From NCBI GenBank assembly GCA_963766735.1, contig CAVYBU010000010.1:1-16377 (forward strand): a DNA stretch of 16,377 bases, read 5' to 3'. The stretch comes from an uncultured Chloroflexia bacterium (GTDB taxonomy: Bacteria > Chloroflexota > Limnocylindria > Limnocylindrales > CSP1-4). The notes below the pieces were generated by a model. It did no database searches. It was given only the letters and a program-made list of their open reading frames with translations, and had not been told where the DNA came from. The position numbers were made by a program, and so were the translations under genes. Shown here one piece after another: positions 1-6,517 of this stretch (positions are counted from its first letter, which is position 1; each line of letters starts with the position of its first letter).

Positions 1-572
1 AGGAACTCGGCGAGCTTCATGAACGCGGCCTTGATGGCGGTGTCGGCGTCCGGCTCTCCCTCCATGCCGAGCGCGGCGATGGTGACAATCTTCGAATCGC
101 CATCCGCGTGGATCTCGAAGATGGTGCTCGGCGCGTCGGCGACGAGCGGGTTCTGGTAGTCCTTCCGGGCCGCGGCGAGGCCACCCTCCGCCAGCGCGAA
201 CACGAGCAGGTCCTGGATCTGCGCCTCCGAGAGAGTGGCGGTGCGGACCGGGCTGCCCGTGATCACGTCATCGGCCGAGGGCGTGATCGTCGTCGAGTTG
301 CTGACGAACACGACGCGTCCGTCGCCGTAGAGCGTGAAGTACGGGACGTGGGCGGCAATCCACTCGACGGGCACGAAGCCGCCGGCCTCGTCGGCCCGCA
401 GGATGATCTCGTTGGGCCCGGTCGGGTGGGCCAGCCCTTCCGGAGTGGCCGTGGGCGGTGGCGTCGGGTCGGTGTCGGCGGGGCGCGCGGTGCCGGAGCC
501 CGTCGCGGTGCAGGCAGAGAGGGCGATCGCCAGGGTGAGGAGCGCGGCTGGGCGCCGCAGGCGGGTGGACAT
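1..572 (-). CDS. Putative lipoprotein, 3' end runs off the window
   Basis: Not in the ORF track. ATG at 572 reads MSTRLRRPAALLTLAIALSACTATGSG..., with a basic N-region, hydrophobic core and LSA-C lipobox, then a Pro/Thr linker and globular region (HPTGPNEIILRADEAGGFVP...FTLYGDGRVV). Open to the window edge. Confidence 0.8.
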   Translation of the reverse strand, partial: MSTRLRRPAALLTLAIALSACTATGSGTARPADTDPTPPPTATPEGLAHPTGPNEIILRADEAGGFVPVEWIAAHVPYFTLYGDGRVVFVSNSTTITPSADDVITGSPVRTATLSEAQIQDLLVFALAEGGLAAARKDYQNPLVADAPSTIFEIHADGDSKIVTIAALGMEGEPDADTAIKAAFMKLAEF

Positions 573-594
573 GTCGTCCGGGACGCGGGTCCGC

Positions 595-658
595 GCCGTG
601 CGGTTCCATCGCCGTTCGGTTCCATCGCCATTCGGCCCATCGCCGTTCGGCCCATCGC
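595..658. repeat. Imperfect tandem repeat, 4 units of 15-16 nt
   Basis: GCCGTGCGGTTCCATC (595-610), GCCGTTCGGTTCCATC (611-626), GCCATTCGGCCCATC (627-641), GCCGTTCGGCCCATC (642-656). Confidence 0.85.
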
Positions 659-722
659 GGGAGGCAGTCCAGTGGGGCGCTCCGTCGGTCAGGGCCCGCG
701 GACGCCCCGCCGCCGCGAAGCC

Positions 723-752
723 TATGCTGGCCACGACCCAACCACCAGGAGG
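723..752 (+). promoter_or_regulatory. Possible -10 box (TATGCT 723-728) and RBS (AGGAGG 747-752) for dodecin
   Basis: TAnnnT hexamer about 30 nt upstream of ATG 759, and a strong SD 6 nt before the ATG. Confidence 0.5.
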
Positions 753-758
753 AGCCCG

Positions 759-962
759 ATGGGCGTGATCATCATCCGGGAAATGGTCGGGACGAGCCCC
801 CGATCGTGGAGCGACGCCGCTCGCCAGGCCGTGGCGACCGCCTCGAAGACCGTGCGCAACATCCGCACGATCGAGGTGGTGAAATCGACCGCCCAGATCG
901 ACGACGGTGAGATCGTCGAGTACGAGGTCCAGCTCAAGATCGGCTTCGAGTACGAGGGCTGA
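759..962 (+). CDS. Dodecin family flavin-binding protein (67 aa)
   Basis: MGVIIIREMVGTSPRSWSDAARQAVATASKTVRNIRTIEVV...GEIVEYEVQLKIGF matches the dodecin pattern (E-x-V-G-x-S-x-x-S-W...A-x-K-T-(L/V)-R-N-I...Y-x-V-x-L-K-I-x-F). Good RBS. Confidence 0.92.
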   Translation: MGVIIIREMVGTSPRSWSDAARQAVATASKTVRNIRTIEVVKSTAQIDDGEIVEYEVQLKIGFEYEG

Positions 963-1281
963 TCCCAGATAAGTCGCGGGTGAGCGGCGCGCGGCACCAT
1001 GCCGCGCATGCCTGCGACGACCCATGGCTCCGACCGCCACGGAGCCAGATCCAACCACCCAGGGCCAACCGCCCGGGTTCCCGGGCACCCGCCGCTGGGC
1101 GGCCGGGTTGACGCTGCCGATCCCGCATCCCGTATCGTTCGCGCCATCAGACGGCGCCGCCACCGGCAGCAGTTCCCGGCCGAACCCGTCGACGTCAGGG
1201 CACGAGGGACATGCGCTGGTCGCGGTCGGGCCTGGGATCGCAGGTTCAATGCTGTTCGCGGGACCGATCGGGCGGCTGGGG

Positions 1282-4200
1282 ATGAACCCGCTGCCGATCC
1301 AGCCGGCGAAGATCCACCCGCCGCTGCTCCGCCACGATGTCCTCTCCCGAGAGCGCCTCAACGGCTGGCTGGACAACGCGGCGAACGGGCGCGTCGCGCT
1401 GGTCATCGCCGAGGCCGGGTTCGGCAAGACCACGTTCCTTGCGGACTGGGCGCGCCACACCCGACGCGCAACGGCGTGGTACCGCCTGGAACCGGATGAC
1501 CGGGACTGGCTCGCCTTCATCAGGCATCTGGTCGCAAGCGGCCGGGAGATCGACCCCGGGTTCGCTCCGGATACCTACGACCTGCTGGCCGCACTGGGGC
1601 CAGGTGGTCCGTCCAGGGATGACCTGATCGTCAGCGTCGCCCAGGAGATGGCCGAGCTCGCATCGTCGCTGCCCAACGGCCTGAGCCTCCTGTTCGACGA
1701 CTACCACTCCGTCGACGGCAGCCCCGAGACCGAGCCCGTCATGAAGGCCCTGGTCGATCGAACGGGACCCGAATTCTCCCTGGTCATCGCGTCCCGGGCG
1801 GCGCCATCGCTCGCCCTGGGCAGGCTGCGCGCCCGCGGCGCCCTCTCGCGGATCGACGGCGACGGCCTCTGTTTCGACGTCCCCGAGACGGAGCGCCTCT
1901 TCCGGGATGCCTACCACCAGCCCCTGGACGCGGACGTGGTGGTGGACCTGATCGCCCGGACGGAAGGCTGGGCCGCGCTCCTGTCGCTGGTCCACACGAG
2001 TATTGACGAAGAGCGGAACTCGGACGCCCGGACCCTTGTCGGCCAACTGAGTGCATCTCGGGGTGATCTGTACGACTTCCTCGCTGAGGAGGTTATCGAA
2101 GGCCTTCCGAGGAGACTCGAGGAGTTCGTGATTCGAGTCTCGATCCTGACGGCAGTTGCCCCGGAGCGCGCGGCTCTGGTCGATGCCGGACCCCGCACCG
2201 AGATTACGAGTCTCATTGAACAGGCCGAGGGACTTGGTCTTCTCATGAGGCCAGACCGTGATCAGCCTCACCGGTTCCATCCACTCGTCCGGGACTTCCT
2301 TCGATCACGCCTTGAAGATCAGGTAGGACTCCCGGAGATTAGGGCCCGGCATCGGGCGGTTGGCGCGGCTCTCGTCGGAGTCGACTGGGGTGCGGCCGCG
2401 TGGCACTTCGCCCAAGCGGGCGACTCGGACGAAGCCGGGCGTGTGATCGATGACGCGATACCAGAAATCATGGCGTCGGGTCAGTTCGATCTCGCAGTGC
2501 CCTACCTAGATGGTTCCGCTGGCGCGACTGATAGGCCTGGGGCGCTCGTTCTCCGGAGTCGTCTCGAGTTCGCCAGGGGGAATCTGGAGAGGGCGAAGGC
2601 CCTGGCGGAGTCCGCCATCCGCGAAAGCCGTGGAGGCAGTCTCGCTGGATCGAGTCTGCTCAACCTTGCCTCACTGCTAGGAGTTGCTGGCTCCGAGCAA
2701 TCCGCGGTCGAGTTCGCGAGGCAGGCCATGACGTGTGAACTCACACCCTCGCAGCAATTGATCGCCAAGGCCACCATCGCACTCAGGGAGGCTGCGGATG
2801 AGGGCGACCTCGAGGCGATCGCAGAAGACTTGCGGATCCTCGCCGCTCAGCAATCACATGATGGCCATCGGCGACACAGCGGGATCTCCAACCTCAACCT
2901 CGCCGCCGCCCTCCTTTGGATTGGCGATGCTCAAGGTTCGCTTGCAGCAGCCAATCGTGCCGACAGCGACCTCGCCGGATCTGCTGCAACAAGCGCGGAG
3001 CGCGTCGCAGCTCTCGCTGCCCGCGCTCGGGCATTCGCCCATTTGGGTCGCGTCGACGAGGCCGAGCGGATCCTGAACGCTGGCGGTTCACTGCCCTCTG
3101 CGCTCAGCCGAGATGAGGCGAGCGTCGAGTTGGCCTCGATCCTCAGCGATTTCGGTTCCGCCGAGAGTGCCGCTAGTGCTCTTGCCCGCATCGATCCAGA
3201 CCACCTGATCCCCGGCTTTCGCGCAATCTGGGTGATGGCGCGCGGCCACATCGCCATTCGGACGGGGGAAACCGACCTAATCGCGCAGATGTGCAAAGAA
3301 CTCTCCGAGGAACCGTGCCGCGACTGCGCCGGGAAGCTCCGGACCGAGTTGCTACGGGCACGATCAGCGATCGCCCTCGGATCCCAGGAGGCTGTTTCGA
3401 ACATACGGGAGCTCGGGAGGATTGCGGATGCACAGCGATCACGAGTTGGACGGCTGTGGGCGGATCTGCTCCTGAGCGTTGCGTGTCCGGGGCCCATCCA
3501 CGCGGAAGTGCTTCGAGTCGGCCCAGACGAGGGCTACTGTCTCTCGATGCTTGCCGACGAGCTCAGTCGCAATCTGCACCGAATGTCCGATGAAGCTAGA
3601 GCCCGTGTCGAGGCCGAGGCTCGGGTGGTGCCCGAGCGATGGCGAGAGGCACTTCGTCAGGCAACAGCTGAAGGAGGTCCCTCAAGCTCCGAGGGCGCAC
3701 GCCTACTTTCCGTCGTGGGATCCTCAGACGACGCCGACTACCTCCGATCGATCGCTTCGACGTGCAAGGCATTTCGGCCGTACGCGGTATCCATCACGCG
3801 AAGGCTCGCGCCTACTGTCTATGTCGAGGATCTGGGCGCGGTGCGAATCCGGCTGGGCGACTCGCAGGTCGTCCGAGTGCGGAGGAGGAAGGTTCTCGGG
3901 CTAGCGTGCTTTCTATCGTCGCGGCAGGGCATGGCCTCGACTCGGGATGAAGCACTCGACGCGCTCTGGCCGGAACTCGGGCCAGACACGGCAGCCAACT
4001 CGCTTCACCAGACCATCTTCTACCTGCGTCGCGTCTTTGAGCCTGGGTACCGCGAGGGCCTGAGCCCTGGGTACGTGGTCTTCGACGGCGAGGTCGTCAG
4101 CCTCAGTTCAGACTTGGTAGACAGTGCGAGTCGGCGATGCTGGAAGACCTTGGGCCAGTACTCCGCCGACAGCGAGGAGGGCGCGACTCGCCTTCTGCGG

Positions 4201-4521
4201 TTGTATCGGGGCAAGTACGCCCTCGATTTCGCCTATGAGGACTGGGCCTCGTCCTATCGAGAGAACCTGCACGCGGCAGTTCTGGCACGCGTGGAGGCAG
4301 CGATGGAGGCGAGTGCGTCGGCAGGCAGCACGGATGCTGCGATCGGGCTTGCCCATTCCCTGATGGCGATTGATCCCGCCGCTGATGGGATCGAACTGGC
4401 GTTGGTGAGGATCTACAAGTCGAGCAGACGACATGCCGCGGCTGCCGAGCAGTACGCACACTACGCCTCAGTCGTGCGCGATGAACTTGGCGCAGAGCCC
4501 CCGAGCTTCGATGAGATCTGA
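1282..4521 (+). CDS. MalT-like STAND ATPase / helical-repeat (TPR-like) / C-terminal wHTH-BTAD transcriptional regulator
   Basis: PAKIHPP...RERL, Walker A AEAGFGKTT, Walker B LLFDDYH, TEGWAA, LYDFLAEEV and RFHPLVRDFL are MalT-like. The C-terminal RDEALDALWPE...NSLHQTIFYLRRVFEP...LYRGKYALDFAYEDW...ELGAEP is SARP/BTAD-like. The start may be further upstream (in-frame ATGs at 1024 and 1249). Confidence 0.88.
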   Translation: MNPLPIQPAKIHPPLLRHDVLSRERLNGWLDNAANGRVALVIAEAGFGKTTFLADWARHTRRATAWYRLEPDDRDWLAFIRHLVASGREIDPGFAPDTYDLLAALGPGGPSRDDLIVSVAQEMAELASSLPNGLSLLFDDYHSVDGSPETEPVMKALVDRTGPEFSLVIASRAAPSLALGRLRARGALSRIDGDGLCFDVPETERLFRDAYHQPLDADVVVDLIARTEGWAALLSLVHTSIDEERNSDARTLVGQLSASRGDLYDFLAEEVIEGLPRRLEEFVIRVSILTAVAPERAALVDAGPRTEITSLIEQAEGLGLLMRPDRDQPHRFHPLVRDFLRSRLEDQVGLPEIRARHRAVGAALVGVDWGAAAWHFAQAGDSDEAGRVIDDAIPEIMASGQFDLAVPYLDGSAGATDRPGALVLRSRLEFARGNLERAKALAESAIRESRGGSLAGSSLLNLASLLGVAGSEQSAVEFARQAMTCELTPSQQLIAKATIALREAADEGDLEAIAEDLRILAAQQSHDGHRRHSGISNLNLAAALLWIGDAQGSLAAANRADSDLAGSAATSAERVAALAARARAFAHLGRVDEAERILNAGGSLPSALSRDEASVELASILSDFGSAESAASALARIDPDHLIPGFRAIWVMARGHIAIRTGETDLIAQMCKELSEEPCRDCAGKLRTELLRARSAIALGSQEAVSNIRELGRIADAQRSRVGRLWADLLLSVACPGPIHAEVLRVGPDEGYCLSMLADELSRNLHRMSDEARARVEAEARVVPERWREALRQATAEGGPSSSEGARLLSVVGSSDDADYLRSIASTCKAFRPYAVSITRRLAPTVYVEDLGAVRIRLGDSQVVRVRRRKVLGLACFLSSRQGMASTRDEALDALWPELGPDTAANSLHQTIFYLRRVFEPGYREGLSPGYVVFDGEVVSLSSDLVDSASRRCWKTLGQYSADSEEGATRLLRLYRGKYALDFAYEDWASSYRENLHAAVLARVEAAMEASASAGSTDAAIGLAHSLMAIDPAADGIELALVRIYKSSRRHAAAAEQYAHYASVVRDELGAEPPSFDEI

Positions 4522-4589
4522 CCCGAATTCTGGAATGGACCAGGCTGCGACGTGCCGAGCGGCCCGGTGGGCATAGGTAGGGTTGCGTA

Positions 4590-4619
4590 TTGACCGGTGT
4601 AGTCGGCCGTGCATATAGT
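4590..4619 (+). promoter_or_regulatory. sigma70/SigA-type promoter TTGACC-N18-TATAGT
   Basis: TTGACC at 4590-4595 and TATAGT at 4614-4619 each differ from consensus by one base. They lie directly upstream of the riboswitch. Confidence 0.7.
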
Positions 4620-4659
4620 CCGGCCCTGCACCAGTACTTTCGTACGGTGCACCAAGGAA

Positions 4660-4737
4660 ACGCTTGGACGCGCTGATGCCACCACCTGAAATGGGCACTT
4701 AGGGTGGAGGCGGAGCGAGTAGTGCAACCGACCGGCT
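4660..4737 (+). ncRNA. c-di-GMP-II riboswitch aptamer (Rfam RF01786-like)
   Basis: TTGGACGCGC-TGATG-CCACCACCTGAAA-TGGGCACTT-AGGGTGGAGGC-GGAG-CG-AGTAGTGCAACCGACC carries the class II hallmarks: kink-turn TGA.../GGAG, TGGGCACTT loop, pseudoknot GCACT (4695-4699)/AGTGC (4721-4725) and 3' GCAACCGACC. It lies upstream of a c-di-GMP phosphodiesterase gene. Confidence 0.9.
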
Positions 4738-4762
4738 TTCGAGTCAGGTCGGTTTTCGTGTT
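4726..4762 (+). terminator. Intrinsic terminator-like expression platform overlapping the aptamer 3' end
   Basis: AACCGACC-GGCT-TTCG-AGTC-A-GGTCGGTT stem with a UUCG loop, ending in a U-rich tract (TTTTCGTGTT). Confidence 0.75.
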
Positions 4763-4799
4763 CCTCGACAGGACACGGAGGCCGCAAGGAGGTACGAGC

Positions 4800-4832
4800 G
4801 TGGCACCGAGCAAGGGCCTCAAGGGCTGGTAG
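4800..4832 (+). CDS. Micro-ORF, 10 aa MAPSKGLKGW
   Basis: Near-perfect SD AAGGAGGT (4786-4793), 6 nt spacer, GTG start and TAG stop. The C-terminus LKGW mirrors LKGF of the next ORF. Confidence 0.6.
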   Translation: MAPSKGLKGW

Positions 4833-4858
4833 GACCAGGATCGCGGGAGGATCGACCG

Positions 4859-4948
4859 ATGAAGGATCGCCTCATGCGACTCCTGGCCACTCTCGGCGCA
4901 GTCGCCGCATTGGCGCTCGCCGGAGGCGCGTCGCTAAAGGGCTTCTAG
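4859..4948 (+). CDS. Small peptide precursor, 29 aa MKDRLMRLLATLGAVAALALAGGASLKGF (putative signalling peptide)
   Basis: SD GGGAGG (4845-4850) 8 nt before the ATG. It has a signal-peptide-like basic N-region and hydrophobic core, a small-residue GGA site and a short tail SLKGF. Confidence 0.8.
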   Translation: MKDRLMRLLATLGAVAALALAGGASLKGF

Positions 4949-4961
4949 AAGCAGGCAAGGG

Positions 4962-5033
4962 CCTCAGTACACAAGTCCTCTTCACCCGTTGTAGGTGGAA
5001 GGGGCTAGAGTCCCTACCGTTCGGGAACTGAGG
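4962..5033 (+). promoter_or_regulatory. Predicted three-way-junction RNA that pairs over the HD-GYP RBS
   Basis: CCTCAGT (4962-4968) pairs with ACTGAGG (5027-5033, includes the SD). Internal hairpins at 4974-5006 and TCCC/GGGA at 5011-5026. Confidence 0.45.
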
Positions 5034-5037
5034 ACGA

Positions 5038-6454
5038 ATGCCGACAAAGCTGAAGCTCTACATTATTGGAGTCGTGGCAACGAGCGCTATCGCGCTCGTT
5101 GCTACGACTCGTTTGATTCCAGTCGAGGACGGGATTGCCCTGACTGTCGCGCCGTTCGGAATCTCTCTCGACTCAGGCAGGCCTCGCATTCTGGTGTGCG
5201 GTGACCCTGATCGCGTCCGCGCTTCCCGTCCGAATGCCTCGCGGAACAATGGTAGGCGTTTCGATCGCGCCGCTGATTGCGGCCACGGTCCTGGGCGGTC
5301 CGACCGCCGGAGCCTGGGTCGCGCTCATCGGGACGACGGAGGTGCGTGAGCTGCGCGGCCGTGTTCCGTGGTACGGCTCGCTGGCCAACCACGCCGGGCT
5401 GATGATCCCCGCGATCGTGGCTGGCATGGTCATGCGCGTACTCGGCGTCCCGGGGAGCGAGGAGTACACGATCACCTTCATCGCGGCTCTGATCGGTGCG
5501 GCAGCCTTCTTCCTGGTCAACGCGACGCTCACCGCTGCTGCGGTGGCTCTCCAAACTGAGCAGCCATTTCGCAGCGTGTTGCTGGGCGACGCCAAGGTCT
5601 TCGCCACGAACCTCCTTGGGCTTGCCCCGCTCGCTTGGCTCATGGCCCAGATGTACGAGGTGGCTTGGTGGGCCAGCTCTGCTGTTCGCCGTTCCGCTCT
5701 ACACGACGCGGCTCGCCTACCACAACTTCATCGAGATGCGCGAGATGTTCACCCAGACCATCGGTGCGCTGGCAGAGGCCGTGGACAAACGCGACCCGTA
5801 CACCGAGCAAGCATTCGCGTCGGGTCAAGGAGATCGCGCGGCGACATCGGTCGGGTCATGCGCCTGGGGGAGAGTGACCTCGAGGCCCTGGAGTGGGGCG
5901 GCCTGCTCCACGACGTCGGCAAGATCGGCGTGCGGGACGCGGTGCTGCTCAAGCAGGACAAGCTCAACAAGGAGGAGCGGGCGCAGATGAACGCGCACCC
6001 GGTCCTCGGTGCGGAGATCATCGCGCCGGTGACGCGACTGTCCCGGGAGCTGCCGATCATCCGCCACCACCACGAGTGGTACAACGGCTCGGGGTACCCG
6101 GACCGGCTCATCGGGGACGAGATCCCGCTGCTGGCACGCATCCTTCACGTGGCGGACGCCTTCGAGGCGATGACCGCCGCCCGGCCGTACCGGATGACGC
6201 CGCTGACCTCGGAGCAGGCACTGGGCGAGCTGCGGAAGTTCGCCGGCGTCCAGTTCGATCCCAAGGTGGTGGACGCCTTCGTGAAGACGGACTGGGCCCA
6301 GGACGTGGCCGACCCGGGCCGGACGCTGCAGGCGCGACCGATCCCGCTGATCTCGCAGCACGCGAACCGGACTGCCAACGCCGTCTGCCACGCCCGACGC
6401 AACCTGAGCACTTCCGCCTCGCCGGAGCAGCCTCGGCGGCGGTCGCACTCGTAG
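5038..6454 (+). CDS. Membrane-anchored HD-GYP c-di-GMP phosphodiesterase with multi-TM N-terminal sensor region (frameshifted in this sequence)
   Basis: Joined across shifts at about 5180, 5675, 5810 and 5840: MPTKLKLYIIGVV...multiple TM helices...EMFTQTIGALAEAVDKRDPYT-HSRRV...LLHDVGKIG...HHHEWYNGSGYP...ADAFEAMTAARPYR...QFDPKVVDAF. The exact C-terminal end is uncertain. Confidence 0.9.
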
Positions 6455-6517
6455 CCGCGGCGAACCGCTGCGGCACTGGCCGCACATGGAGCGGGTCCCC
6501 GGCCCCACAATCTCGGG

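Noticed and set aside
595-658. CRISPR array
   Set aside because: The units are short and adjacent, with no spacers and no cas genes.
108-758. N-terminal extension of the dodecin ORF (284 aa)
   Set aside because: It overlaps the lipoprotein gene on the opposite strand. The real start is ATG 759 with a strong SD.
4461-4822. Minus-strand ORFs crossing the regulator/operon intergenic region
   Set aside because: They have no protein-like features, and the region is explained by the plus-strand promoter, riboswitch and terminator.
4859-4948. RiPP or double-glycine bacteriocin precursor interpretation
   Set aside because: The leader is hydrophobic and Sec-like rather than an ELSxxEL double-glycine type, and no C39 peptidase ABC transporter or modification enzymes are adjacent.
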